Assembly: GCF_001194135.2 (NCBI RefSeq)
Contig: NC_068982.1
Coordinates: 180,158,214-180,209,518, forward strand
DNA: 51,305 bases
DNA from: Octopus bimaculoides
Lineage: Eukaryota
Direction of reading: 5' to 3'
The notes beneath the pieces were generated by a model. The model saw only the letters and a program-made list of their open reading frames with translations, made no database searches and was not told the DNA's origin. Positions 11,633 to 23,581 of this stretch are shown here, piece by piece. Each line of letters begins with the position of its first letter. Position 1 is the stretch's first letter. Made by a program: the position numbers and the translations under genes.

Positions 11633-13257
11633 TCTATTATATAAAAGTCAATGTCTTTACGTGTGTTTGTGTGTTACTTATACATTCGAAACTACTGCAC
11701 CGATCCTAATGAAATTTGGAACACAAAATCCAAGCCTAGGGAGAAGAGTAATGCTGTGTGTTTCATACAGTTTCATGGACCAAAATTACTGAATGGATCC
11801 TTATGATATTTGGAACTTAGATTCAATGTATAAGGACGGGTATAATGCAATATGTTTGGTTTGAATTTGAGATGGCTTAAAGGGAGCAGAAATCCCTTGA
11901 AAATTCATAAATTTTCGATGGTGATGAAATTTCAACCATGGATAATTGACATACATCAAAAAGTATTCTCAAAGTTTACACTTCTCATGAGGATTCTAAG
12001 ACCCCCTAATGAGGGCCTTAACTCCCAGATTTTAGTCATTTTTTAATGATCCAAAACTAGGTCAAAAGTATTGAACGGATCTTTATGAAATTTGGAAATT
12101 ATATTCTATGCATAAGTGCCATAATCCCCATGAAAATTCATATATTTTTGCTGTTGATGAAATTTTAACCATTGATATTAGACACAAATGAAGTAATATT
12201 TCTAAAATTTCATCTTAGAAGTTAGAAAGACCCATTTATGGGGACCTAACACCCACAATTTAGTCATTTTGTCTAAGCAAAGACGAATACAGTTGTACTC
12301 TTGGAAGCTGTAGAGTCACCCGAGCATAAAAGATGAGCATTATTTGTAATTCAATGGTACAACAATGTAAGAGTTTGCTGTGAGATATACTTAGATTGTG
12401 ATTTCTGCAATGTGGTGCATAAATTGTCAAGTAAATGAGAGGAATTTACTGATTCAGTTGCAAAGTGTTGAGTAAAGTTATTTGGTTGCGGACCTCTGTT
12501 GAGTCTTGTTATTATCACTGGGTCATACATAGTCCCCAGATGGTAACATTGATTTCAAGGCCTTCCCAGATGAGTAACTGGTTATTCAAAGACATTTATA
12601 GATTGTATATTTATTCTGTCCAGAAGTGACACTTTCATTTCCCCTTAGCCCTCACGCCACACAGTTGTTAATGTTTATTTGAGTTGGGTCACGCTCTTCT
12701 AATTGCTATAGATCCGTAATGTATCTTACGGCTGTGCCTTTCACCTGTATGGTGAGGAATCCTACATTGGGGAGTGGTAACGACTAGGGTAGGGTAGGTG
12801 ACTGCTTTGGTTTCCTGTAGCTTTGCTCTCTTTTACCAACCCAGTGAACATACATATATTTCCTATTTCAAAGAAATTCGAACAATAGATATAAGACCCA
12901 AGTTACAAAGATTCTCAACAATTCAATTTCTTTGGTTGACATTAAAACACCCACCCCCAATAGGGGCCTTAACTCCCACATTTTAGAGCGCCATGACCTC
13001 CATTTTTCAGGAGCAAAATCCTTTTAATAGGTTCCATAAGACTGGAATTTTGGAATCTACGCATAAAGATCAGTAGTATGGGATACATGTGTCATGATTA
13101 GAATTTTTGTTAGGGTGTGTAAAGAGGGAAAGAACCCTCATCTGCAATTTTGATGAAATTCGAATCATAGGTATTCCAGTTCATTAGAGAAAATATAGCA
13201 GAAAAGTCTAATTCTTCCATTGCATGTAACACGGGCAACGCCGAATATCTCTGCTAG
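11633..13257 (+). mobile_element. Non-autonomous Helitron with internal degenerate repeats and a nested insert
   Basis: The 5' end is A|TCTATTATATAAAAG. The 3' end has GC-rich CGGGCAACGCCG followed by ...CTGCTAG|T, an A^T target with no TSD. Internal repeats include (C/G)GATC(C/T)T(A/T)ATGA(A/T)ATTTGGAA x3 and TGATGAAATT...CC(T/C)TAAC(T/A)CCCA...TTTAG units. Confidence 0.85.
12290..12700 (-). pseudogene. Highly decayed APE-endonuclease (LINE ORF2 start) fragment nested in the Helitron
   Basis: Minus-strand ININNCVA*GLRGN, ...IYLTIYAPH... and LLCSGDSTA resemble the WNxRGL / IYAP / GDFN motifs in the expected order. Frameshifts are needed. Confidence 0.45.
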
Positions 13258-13751
13258 TATGATAATACAGCTAATAGGAGAAGAAATATATTGCCAAAAT
13301 ACGAAGAAATTGAAAATGATCTAATTATCAAATTTATAAATTCAATAACACGTAAATGTGATACAATTTCGAGAAATTTAGGGTACCTGACCAAATACTA
13401 ATGGCGTATGAATTTTATTCTTCCAGATATTTAATGTACACATTCCATTTAGTCGAAAACATTGTATGATTTAAATGTTCTTAAACTGAATTGCAGTCAT
13501 TGGTGTTGGATTATTGATACTCGCAATAAAAGCATCAAGCTATTTTAAATTTTTGGTAGTTTAATTTATATAACTTAAAGGAATAAAACCTCTTTCTATT
13601 CATAGATTTCAATTGTAAGGTATCAAATAAACAAAAATAATATTGAATTATCAGCATACTCATGTCTTTACATATGTGACTCCACTGTACAAAAGCTTCC
13701 ATATGTATACATACACAAATACCGTATTCCCATGCACGCATAAATATATAT

Positions 13752-13992
13752 AGTCTGGGCAAGGTTGTTAATGAAAGACCAGCAGTCACCTATGCATATC
13801 ACTCTCCCTTCTCCACGTCACCGACGTTAACCAAGGGAAAGGCAAAGGCCGGTACAGCATGACGTCACAACTCATTTCTACAGCTGAGTGAAATGAAGCA
13901 ACATGAAATAAACGTATCTTGCTCAAGAGCACAACATACAGCGCGGTCCCGGAATCGAACTCACTACCTCATAATTGTGAGCCCGACGCTCT
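13752..13992 (-). mobile_element. tRNA-derived CORE-like SINE, family D
   Basis: Minus strand has B-box GAGTTCGATTCC, then GTGCTCTTGAGCAAGATACG...CACTCAGCTGTAGAAATGAG (CORE-like domain). Confidence 0.8.
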
Positions 13993-14087
13993 GTACACAC
14001 CTTCGTTTTGGGATCACTTTTACTTTGTTATCTCCCCTTCTTCTTAACTGTCCTGTGTGACCCTTCTGTCCGGCATTCGCCATGATA

Positions 14088-14266
14088 GATCGCTGACCAC
14101 TACACATATTTTTTTTTCTCTCCTTGTTTCTTTCTGTGTTCCTTTCTGTTGAAGAGCGTAGGCTCGAAACGTTGAAGACTTTCTCTATTCCCGAGCGTTA
14201 AACTAATACATCCATTTGTTGTTTACACCACCTGTCTTCGTCTGTTGTTTTTACGTGTATTCTCGC
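14088..14266 (+). mobile_element. PLE pseudo-LTR-like HHR-bearing unit, copy 1
   Basis: Near-identical to 20993-21183. It contains an HHR-like motif and ends at (TA)n and a gap. Confidence 0.75.
14142..14177 (+). ncRNA. Minimal type-I hammerhead-like motif (A6U, extra A after A9)
   Basis: CTTT-CTGTTGA-A-GAGC[GTAG]GCTC-GAA-ACGT-T-GAAG; palindromic stem III ACGT and a 4-bp stem I. Confidence 0.6.
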
Positions 14267-15063
14267 TATATATATANNNNNNNNNNNNNNNNNNNNNNNN
14301 NNNNNNNNNNNNNNNNNNNNNNNNNNNNNNNNNNNNNNNNNNNNNNNNNNNNNNNNNNNNNNNNNNNNNNNNNNNNNNNNNNNNNNNNNNNNNNNNNNNN
14401 NNNNNNNNNNNNNNNNNNNNNNNNNNNNNNNNNNNNNNNNNNNNNNNNNNNNNNNNNNNNNNNNNNNNNNNNNNNNNNNNNNNNNNNNNNNNNNNNNNNN
14501 NNNNNNNNNNNNNNNNNNNNNNNNNNNNNNNNNNNNNNNNNNNNNNNNNNNNNNNNNNNNNNNNNNNNNNNNNNNNNNNNNNNNNNNNNNNNNNNNNNNN
14601 NNNNNNNNNNNNNNNNNNNNNNNNNNNNNNNNNNNNNNNNNNNNNNNNNNNNNNNNNNNNNNNNNNNNNNNNNNNNNNNNNNNNNNNNNNNNNNNNNNNN
14701 NNNNNNNNNNNNNNNNNNNNNNNNNNNNNNNNNNNNNNNNNNNNNNNNNNNNNNNNNNNNNNNNNNNNNNNNNNNNNNNNNNNNNNNNNNNNNNNNNNNN
14801 NNNNNNNNNNNNNNNNNNNNNNNNNNNNNNNNNNNNNNNNNNNNNNNNNNNNNNNNNNNNNNNNNNNNNNNNNNNNNNNNNNNNNNNNNNNNNNNNNNNN
14901 NNNNNNNNNNNNNNNNNNNNNNNNNNNNNNNNNNNNNNNNNNNNNNNNNNNNNNNNNNNNNNNNNNNNNNNNNNNNNNNNNNNNNNNNNNNNNNNNNNNN
15001 NNNNNNNNNNNNNNNNNNNNNNNNNNNNNNNNNNNNNNNNNNNNNNNNNNNNNNNNNNNNNNN

Positions 15064-15116
<53 letters not shown>

Positions 15117-15423
15117 CCCAAACACGTATGTCTCTTTATGGGCGTACACACACCACACACACACACATGCACTACTCACATACACATTACTCACACATTC
15201 ACAAGCATGAACGCATACCCGTTCCCACACACAAACACACATCATGTGTTGATGTCAACAATGGAGTCTGCAATTCTTCAATTCACTAACGCAGATATTT
15301 CTACGTGGGAGGAGGAAATGCTACATGTTGACCCAATAGAAGACGTAGCAGCAGTAGCAGCAGCAGCCACTTGTATCTTGACATTATCATATGATACTGG
15401 GTATTTCTGGTGTTGCTGGTAGC

Positions 15424-15780
15424 GGAGTTAGAGGGGATGGTGATGATGATGATGATGATGACCACTACGACGACGACGACGACGATGATGATGATGATGA
15501 TAGGTACTATTGAAGTGCTTGTGTCGGTGGTGATGGGATATAACGAAGGTGGTGGTGATGCTGGGTATTCGTGATGTGTGGGTGATGAGAGACACTGGTG
15601 ATGGTGGTGATGGAAATGATGGTGGTAGTGGTGGCGTAGTGCTGGATGCTTACGGTGTGTGTGTGTGGTAAAGATGGAGTTCGCGAAGGCAATGGAAAAT
15701 AGTGCTGGCGATGGTAAACTTTGATGTTGCTGTTGTTTTTGACTATTGATGATGATAATAATGACGACGACGTTGGTACT
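15424..15780. repeat. Degenerate (GAT)/(GAC)/(GGT) trinucleotide low-complexity tract
   Basis: Directly visible. Confidence 0.85.
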
Positions 15781-15797
15781 GTGGCAATGCTACAGCA

Positions 15798-16027
15798 GGT
15801 GAGCTGGTAGAATCGTTAGCACGTCGGGCCAAGTGCTTCGCGGAATTTTGTCCGTCTTTAGTACATTCTGAGTTCAAATTCCGCCGAGGTTGACTTTGCC
15901 TTTCATCCTTTCGAGATCAATAAATTAAGTACTCAATAAATTGAGCAGTGTGGTCGATTTAATCGACTAGCTCCCCCTCCCACAATATTTCGGGCCTTGT
16001 ACCTCTAATAGAAATTATTATTATTAT
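15798..16027 (+). mobile_element. tRNA-derived SINE, family B
   Basis: GGTGAGCTGGTAGAATCGTTAGCAC...GAGTTCAAATTCCGCCGAGG head with an (ATT)n tail; multiple homologues in the window. Confidence 0.9.
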
Positions 16028-16034
16028 CGTTTAT

Positions 16035-16566
16035 CATCAAACTGACACTGGGGTAAAATATACGAAGCCCAGTATACCCATCATGACTACCTGTTTGATA
16101 AGGGTACATCAGGCACAGGAATCACAAACTTATGTACATGACATGGAGATCTCATGGCAAAATAAACAGCGCATGACCTTGGAGGTGGGGCCAGTTAGAA
16201 TTTTCTTCAGGTTGAGTAGCCCGCCCTGCTCAAAAGGTCCCTGAATAAGAGTTGTTTAAGGATGTTGAGCAAAACACCCATGCTTCCAAAGGTGAATTAT
16301 TCAAACTCCAAGGAATTCCTCTCAACACATGGCTATGCTGCTCCCTCACTACTTCTGCTCGTGATCAGAGTTGCACATATCGTCAGCCACCAAGGAACAT
16401 GCTCAACTGGTTAAGGTCAAACAACTGACAAGCAAATCTGTGGTATTAAGCAGAATATTTGTTGTAGCCCATCTTTTACACCAAGACAAAACAACGTACA
16501 TGATAATACTTCCAATCAGTAAGATGAGAAGCCATGAGAGCCACTGCCTGGTACTGCATCCGTGCA
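16035..16566 (-). repeat. Unclassified approximately 530-bp complex interspersed repeat bounded by (ATT)n on both sides
   Basis: Single copy in the window with (ATT)n at 16013-16027 and (ATT)/(GTT)n at 16567-16692. Repetitive status is recalled from octopus sequence, not shown here. Confidence 0.35.
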
Positions 16567-16584
16567 TTTATTATCATTATTATT

Positions 16585-16617
<33 letters not shown>

Positions 16618-16894
16618 ATTGTTGTTGTTGTTGTTGTTGTTGTGTTGTTGCTGTTGTTGTTATTATTGTTATCATTATCATTATTATTATTATCGGATGT
16701 GACCAGATTAATAATTTTAAAATTTGTGGGTCTTGAGGTAACTTATTAGTTCAATATTACCATATAGGATACGAGAGGAACTTTACGATAAGGAGTGGAA
16801 CGTACAAGTTCCTGTAAGTCAAACCGTCTCATGGTCCCTGCAGAAAAAATGGTAAAAGTGTTACCTGGAGGTTGGCGAGGAAGATGCGCTGGTA

Positions 16895-17062
16895 TAATCT
16901 TTTCTACTCTAGGCACAAGGCCCGAAATTTTTGGGGAGGGGGAATCGATTAGATCGACCCAGTACGCAACTGGTACTTAATTTATCGACTCCGAAAGGAT
17001 GAAAGCCAAAGTCGACCCCAGCGGTATTTGAACTCAGAACGTAAAGACAGACGAAATACCGC
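16895..17062 (-). mobile_element. SINE family B, 5'-truncated
   Basis: Reverse complement of the family B body with the TTGTGCCTAGAGTAGAAAAGATTAT tail. Confidence 0.85.
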
Positions 17063-17339
17063 AGATGTGCTGATATAATGATGTGACAAATCGCTAGAGC
17101 ACCAGATGAACTACCCTCGGCTGTGTATGAACACAGTTTTAATCCTAACCTAGCTTAACCTTATCAGTTATCCTGTCAGTGGTCGACCAACAACCATCTT
17201 TCGTTTAAGGTATTTAATCCTTATTTAGGATCTAGCCAACAACTAACAGCTGTTTAAGGCAAGTAATCCAAGTTCACTTAAACTCTATCATTCATGTTTC
17301 TTTACTTGTGTGTAAGCTTGAAATAATTATTAGTATTTA

Positions 17340-17619
17340 GTTTTTACTCGTTTCTGTCATTGATTTTCAGCCATGCATCATCTGTTAGGGTTTTAGTCAA
17401 GCAAATCCATCTCAGTATTTAATTTTAAAGTCTGGAACCTATTCTATCGTTCACTTTGCCGAACCACCTACTTATAGGGACGTAATTAAACCAACACCAC
17501 TTGTAACGCGGTGGAAGGACACACACAAATAGAAACACACACACTTATATGTAATATACATGTATGTATGTATATATGTATGTATATATAACCTGTCACA
17601 CACACACACACACACTTAC

Positions 17620-17666
<47 letters not shown>

Positions 17667-17901
17667 NNNNNNNNNNNNNNNNNNNNNNNNNNNNNNNNNN
17701 NNNNNNNNNNNNNNNNNTATATATATGCATATACACACACGACAGAATTCTTACAGTTTTCGTCTACCAAATTCATTCGCAACACTTTGGTCACTCTCAT
17801 ACTATAGTAGTAAACACATGCCCAAGTTGCCGCATAGTGGAACCGATCTCAAAACCATGTCGCTGGGAAGCAAACTTTTACCACGCAGCCATGCTTGCGC
17901 C
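17340..17901 (-). mobile_element. tRNA-derived SINE family C with expanded internal microsatellite and gap
   Basis: The minus-strand head is GGCGCAAGCATGGCTGCGTGGTAAAAGTTTGCTTCCC; body and tail align with 21483-21858. The internal (CA)/(TA) tract is expanded at about 17520-17740. Confidence 0.8.
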
Positions 17902-18789
17902 TGTTATTGCTAATATCATAAATATTTGTTGTGGTTTGGAGCAATTATGTTAACTCTAATTGCTGAAATCTTTCGCATTTTGTCTCTTCTCCTTATTGTT
18001 ATATCTCTGTTTTCTTTCTTTATTGTCTTGCTGTAATTCTCAATGTCGCTATATTACATTCTATCCTCCTATAAATCTCTCATTATGATTCTCCCCGTCC
18101 ATAAAATGCTTTGTTCTCTTTCACATCCACCCATTCCTTAAGACTTATTTTATTTCAGTTTCTTTGCCTCACAACCTATCTGCTATTTTCGTTTGTCGTT
18201 TACCAATTTTCGCCCTAAGTTCATTCTACATCTTGTTTTAATTTTCGCTATTACATTCTCTTTCATATTCGAAAACCCAACCCTTTTCTGAGAGTTGTCA
18301 GATGCTATAGCTTCAGGTTTCATGACATCTATCTATCTATCTATCTATCTATCACACACATTTTCCCCATTCTCTCTTTCTTTTATCAGATAAACTTTAA
18401 CAATATAACGTATTCGTTACCACAGATTAACGCTATAATAATGTTTTTTTCAATTTGTTCACTAACAACTTGTTCTCTGTGTGAAAGCACATGAAGAAAT
18501 ATTACGCTCTTCACATCCATCCCACGTTTTTGAATAAAATCATATTTATTAGAAAAAAAACATGCCCCATTTATTTTTACCAATAAAAGTCCAACTTGAA
18601 TAAACTTCCAGGAATACCCCCCCCCCCCCACCACCATATGCATGGGACTGTTACAATGTAAAATTAGCGTGTCTACACACCCATTTAAACAAAACTGATA
18701 CATACATTGCCAAAATGTTATATATAACCTTACATCACCTTTAAACGATACCAGAAGTTGGGTGGTTTTTCAGTTGGCAGTAGAAGTCA

Positions 18790-20060
18790 TTTCCTAGCCC
18801 CTAATGTTTTTTTCAGAATCAGGCACAAAATACATGTAGTTACTGAATGGTTCTTAAAATTTGGTAGGGCACACAGCAATAGTCATTATGTGAGAAACGT
18901 GAGTGTGTAGTAGGAGCATAAACAGAGAAAACAGTTACAAAACATCTACAAGAAAGAAGGATCCGGAGTTTCATTATGCGTGTATTTATGCTTTGTGGTT
19001 CTTCTAGGTCTTTTAGCAAATCACTTCTAATTACAAACCCAACACCACCTTCCCCTTTCTCTCCCTTCAGCTTCTCGATCCAGAATAATGTAAAACCTGC
19101 CACTCTTTCGACAAGATGATCTTCATCTGAACATCTTGTTTCAGAAAGAGCTGCAATATCAACATTAAGACGCCTTAGCTCTTTAGTTACAAGACATGTT
19201 CTTCTTTCAGGCCTATCTGCACGATTCTTAGAGACTTCTCCCATTCCAACAGGTTAGGTTAAGGGAAACGTTATTCCTTGCATACTTGTTATCATTGTTT
19301 ATATCAATTCTTTGTTCATTCCTGCTAAATTGAATCACCGTTAGCCGGAGTAAACTAAACAGCAAAGAGAGGACAGACAATTTTCAGTGCACCTTTTCTA
19401 GCACCTTCCTACTATATCCAGGTGAGCAGTGTTATCCTTAAAAGGGCTGCTCAGATACATACAGGATTCTCCACCGAAAGCAGTTCCTGTCCATGAAAAC
19501 AAGTTAGCGATGTTAAGAGAAGAACCCTGCCGCCTTATGTGCAGATTTGTAATTGTATGCTTCCAACTGGTCAAGTCTGCATACGTCGCCCCGCCTCTAT
19601 CGCCATAGGACTTTTGAAAAGTGTTGATTGTACGATGATGATGTTTTGTCGGGGACAACTGTACATCATTAGATTTCAGTGACAAATGCTTGTACAACAC
19701 TTTAGCCAATCTCTGGATCAAAATAGTAAATTCTAGTGACAAGTAAAGCTAGATGAGTAGTACTAAGTTGACTGCAGGTTTTATATCGCAGTACCTTCTC
19801 CTAGGCTTTTCCTCAAAAGGATACTGCAAGCCAGCAGTGTTAAGTCAATTTGAATTCAGAGCTTTATTCTCCTGTACTGGCTGTCCTAATCATGGCTTCG
19901 TTTCAAAACAGGAGCCTAGTCTCCCCCCATCAACAGCCATGGCTTTGACAGTGCAGCCAGTTAAGGGACTGTCATTACCATCACCTGGTTTTATGTTAGA
20001 GTGTCCCTCTCCTAGAAGAGTTGCCTTCACCACGGCTAATAAGCCTCATCTGCTCCCTCC
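18790..20060 (-). pseudogene. RTE-clade LINE 5' portion: 5'UTR plus AP-endonuclease N-terminus
   Basis: ORF 18840-19244 reads DRPERRTCLVTKELRRLNVDIAALSETR...GFTLFW...GGVGFVI...INTRIMKLRI...FVTVFSVYAPT, the classic RTE APE. The upstream GGTGAAGGCAACTCTTCTAGGAGAGGG motif is typical of RTE 5'UTRs. Confidence 0.9.
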
Positions 20061-20104
20061 CCACACAAAAAGATATATATATACATATATGTACACATTT
20101 AAAA

Positions 20105-20159
<55 letters not shown>

Positions 20160-20992
20160 NNNNNNNNNNNNNNNNNNNNNNNNNNNNNNNNNNNNNNNNN
20201 NNNNNNNNNNNNNNNNNNNNNNNNNNNNNNNNNNNNNNNNNNNNNNNNNNNNNNNNNNNNNNNNNNNNNNNNNNNNNNNNNNNNNNNNNNNNNNNNNNNN
20301 NNNNNNNNNNNNNNNNNNNNNNNNNNNNNNNNNNNNNNNNNNNNNNNNNNNNNNNNNNNNNNNNNNNNNNNNNNNNNNNNNNNNNNNNNNNNNNNNNNNN
20401 NNNNNNNNNNNNNNNNNNNNNNNNNNNNNNNNNNNNNNNNNNNNNNNNNNNNNNNNNNNNNNNNNNNNNNNNNNNNNNNNNNNNNNNNNNNNNNNNNNNN
20501 NNNNNNNNNNNNNNNNNNNNNNNNNNNNNNNNNNNNNNNNNNNNNNNNNNNNNNNNNNNNNNNNNNNNNNNNNNNNNNNNNNNNNNNNNNNNNNNNNNNN
20601 NNNNNNNNNNNNNNNNNNNNNNNNNNNNNNNNNNNNNNNNNNNNNNNNNNNNNNNNNNNNNNNNNNNNNNNNNNNNNNNNNNNNNNNNNNNNNNNNNNNN
20701 NNNNNNNNNNNNNNNNNNNNNNNNNNNNNNNNNNNNNNNNNNNNNNNNNNNNNNNNNNNNNNNNNNNNNNNNNNNNNNNNNNNNNNNNNNNNNNNNNNNN
20801 NNNNNNNNNNNNNNNNNNNNNNNNNNNNNNNNNNNNNNNNNNNNNNNNNNNNNNNNNNNNNNNNNNNNNNNNNNNNNNNNNNNNNNNNNNNNNNNNNNNN
20901 NNNNNNNNNNNNNNNNNNNNNNNNNNNNNNNNNNNNNNNNNNNNNNNNNNNNNNNNNNNNNNNNNNNNNNNNNNNNNNNNNNNNNNNNNNNN

Positions 20993-21183
20993 GATCGCTG
21001 ACCACTACATTTATATATTTTTCTCCTTGTTTCTTTCTCCTTATTTCTTTCTGTGTTCCTTTCAGTTGAAGAGCGTAGCTCGAAACGTCAAAGACTTTCT
21101 CTATTCCGAGCGTTAAACTAATACATCCATTTGTTGTTTACACCACCTGTCTTCGTCTGTTGTTTTTTTCGTAAATTCTCCCA
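20993..21183 (+). mobile_element. PLE pseudo-LTR-like HHR-bearing unit, copy 2
   Basis: Homologous to 14088-14266 and followed by (TA)n at 21186. Confidence 0.75.
21059..21093 (+). ncRNA. Minimal type-I hammerhead-like motif (U4A, A6U, extra A after A9)
   Basis: CTTT-CAGTTGA-A-GAGC[GTA]GCTC-GAA-ACGT-C-AAAG; GUC triplet and a perfect 4-bp stem I. Confidence 0.55.
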
Positions 21184-21482
21184 TGTATATATATATATGT
21201 ATGTGTGTGCGTGTGTGTGTGTGTGTGTGTGAGTGCCACTGTCCCATTCATGGGTTAACTAGCGTGTAAACCACTGCAAATGAAGGACACTTTGTTCTCA
21301 TTAGAACCTCCTTAAAAATAACTGAAAGTGCAGTTTGTTTCTGGTCGTCTCAACCTCTGTTGTGTCACTAGTCTTATAGCTGATTGCGCTGAAAAATGGG
21401 TTTAGCGTTGTACAACACTTTATCCACTCAAAGCAAATTCACGCAAAAGCTTTTTAGATTCTCGGAACTTTCACATGGACTT

Positions 21483-21858
21483 AGCTTGCTTCTCAACCAC
21501 ATTGTTTCGGTTCTATCCCACCGTGTGGCGGCACCTTGGGCAAGTGTCTTCTACTATGGTCTGGGGCCGACCAAAGCCTCGTAAGTGGATTTGGTTAATT
21601 GAAACTGAAAGAAGTATGTCTCTGTGTGTATGTCTGTGTGTCTGTGTTTGTACCTACATCACTGCTCAACGACCAATGTTGGTGTGTTTATATCCCCGTA
21701 ACGTAACGTTTCAGCAAAAGAAACTGATATAATAAGTGCTAGTGCTAAAAAATGAGTCCTGGGGTCGGTCTGTTCGACCTAAAACCACTCAAAATGGTGC
21801 TCCAGCATGGCCGCAGTCAAATGACTGAAACAAGTGAAATAATAAGAAAATAAAAGCA
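21483..21858 (+). mobile_element. SINE family C, near full length
   Basis: AGCTTGCTTC...GGCACCTTGGGCAAGTGTCTTCTACTAT...GGTGCTCCAGCATGGCCGCAGTCAAATGACTGAAACAAG followed by an A-rich tail. Confidence 0.9.
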
Positions 21859-22245
21859 TATATATATATATATANNNNNNNNNNNNNNNNNNNNNNNNNN
21901 NNNNNNNNNNNNNNNNNNNNNNNNNNNNNNNNNNNNNNNNNNNNNNNNATATAATTGTTAAACAGGACAGCAAACATTATGGCAGGGCTATTTTTTAGTG
22001 ATCATGGGCTGAGTGCTGTATCGAATATGTTGGGCATCTTATTGATATTTAACAAAATTATATGATTTGCAGGCTCATGCTTGTGTTGGGTCCTGAGATC
22101 ACAAGCACCAACATTAAAATGGTGTTGATATTATATTGGCATAATTTATTTTAGAAGATTTTCACGAAGAAAACTACCGAATTTGAAATAGGTACACTAT
22201 AATGATATTATTGCTAATTGTCTCTCTAAACAGTGGTAATAGTTT

Positions 22246-22461
22246 AATATCGGTTTCAAATTATGGCACAAGTTTAGCAAGTTCGTTGGAAGGGGCTAAG
22301 TCGATTACATTGACCCCAGTCCTCGACTGGTACTCATTTTATCGACCTCGAAAGGTTGAAAGGTAAAGTCCACCCTGGCAGAATTTTAACACAGAACGTA
22401 TGGACGGACGAAACACCGCTAAGCTTTTTGTTTGGCTTGCTAATGATTCTGCCAGCTCACC
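22246..22461 (-). mobile_element. SINE family B (tail ...CTTGTGCC...TTTGAAACCGATATT)
   Basis: Reverse complement starts GGTGAGCTGGCAGAATCATTAGC. Confidence 0.85.
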
Positions 22462-22477
22462 GCTTTCATGTATAACA

Positions 22478-22691
22478 TAATATCGATTTCAAACTTCGGC
22501 ACAAGGCCAGCAAGTTCGGGTGAGTGAGGCTTAGTCGATTGCATCGACCCCAGTACTCAACTGGTACTTATTTCATCGACCCGGACAGGATTAAAGAAGT
22601 CGACCTTGGCGGAATTTCAACATAGAACTTATTGACGGACGAAATGCCGTTAAGCATTTCGACCGGCGTGCTAACGTTTCTACTATCTCGC
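22478..22691 (-). mobile_element. SINE family B, tandem neighbour of the previous copy
   Basis: Same head, body and tail type, 16 nt from the previous copy. Confidence 0.85.
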
Positions 22692-22747
22692 AGCCTACTT
22701 CATGGGTTTACAGCGTTGATCCTGTGATAGATCTGTGTTCTCTCCAG

Positions 22748-22780
22748 GATGAGTTTATTTAACATCAGAGATAAATATCG
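22748..22780 (+). CDS. Candidate 33-nt exon (MSLFNIRDKYR)
   Basis: Acceptor GTGTTCTCTCCAG|G ATG..., donor CG|GTATGT. There is no homology support. Confidence 0.25.
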
Positions 22781-23394
22781 GTATGTACAGCGCTGTGTGT
22801 TATATAGAAAGTTGTGAAGGATATCTAGTTAATTACTATTGATGTAATGTATTATTATATGTATGTTTGCTGCGTTAAAAGTACGTTCATTTGAAGCGAG
22901 ATAATTTATAAATTGTAGACAAGGAGCGTTGTATGGAAATTTCAGCAGCATAACAATAATTATACATTCCCATGAGTAAGAATATAAACTGCTAATTTAT
23001 AGTTTAGATGAGAGTTTATCTAATTATAATTTTATTTACTTTGATAAATAGTTAATTAGTTCTTCATTAAGCTGAGTTAATTTTTATTTCACTATTTTAA
23101 ATAAAGAAACAATAACAAAGAAACAAATATAGACATTGTAATAATATGATTATTCTAGTTGAAGTCTACAGGGGCTGGACATCTCAGCAGTTAGCCGGAC
23201 TATTCGCGGGTGTGAGTTATCCGCTTTGAACTTGATTATTAATGCTGACAGATAGAAATAGTATAGTATAGTACAGGAAAACGAGTAGCCTATCTTTTCT
23301 TTGCTTTCGCCAATTGTTTAAGGTGCCCGTGTAGAAGTAAGCAACCCTCTCCTTCAGAAGTACATCTTGGACGTGATAGCTGGGGGAAAAATGT

Positions 23395-23525
23395 ATCAGT
23401 ACCCAGCTGGTACACATTTACAGCTGGATAGAATGGAGGAACATGAAATTATGTACCTTGAAATAACATTGCACCAGGCCCAGGGATTGAACCCGTGACC
23501 TTATGATCATTAACCGAACACCTTA
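23395..23525 (-). mobile_element. Old CORE-like SINE fragment
   Basis: Minus strand has GGTCACGGGTTCAATCCCTGGG (B-box), then CAAGGTACATAATTTCATGTTCCTCCATTCTATCCAGCTGTAAATG. Confidence 0.55.
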
Positions 23526-23581
23526 TTACAAAATCGGATGTTAAAAAGTGGCGGGATATGATAAGTTGGTTGTCTCAGACA

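Noticed and set aside
14198-15289. 300+ aa ORFs spanning N gaps (also 19753-21069, 33917-34795, 41310-42192, 45006-45752)
   Set aside because: Their length comes from Ns and (TA)/(CA) repeats; there is no coding evidence.
720-20060. Idea that the three minus-strand RTE pieces are one giant interrupted element
   Set aside because: 720-1100 and 9690-10090 both cover the C-terminal region, so at least two independent copies are present.
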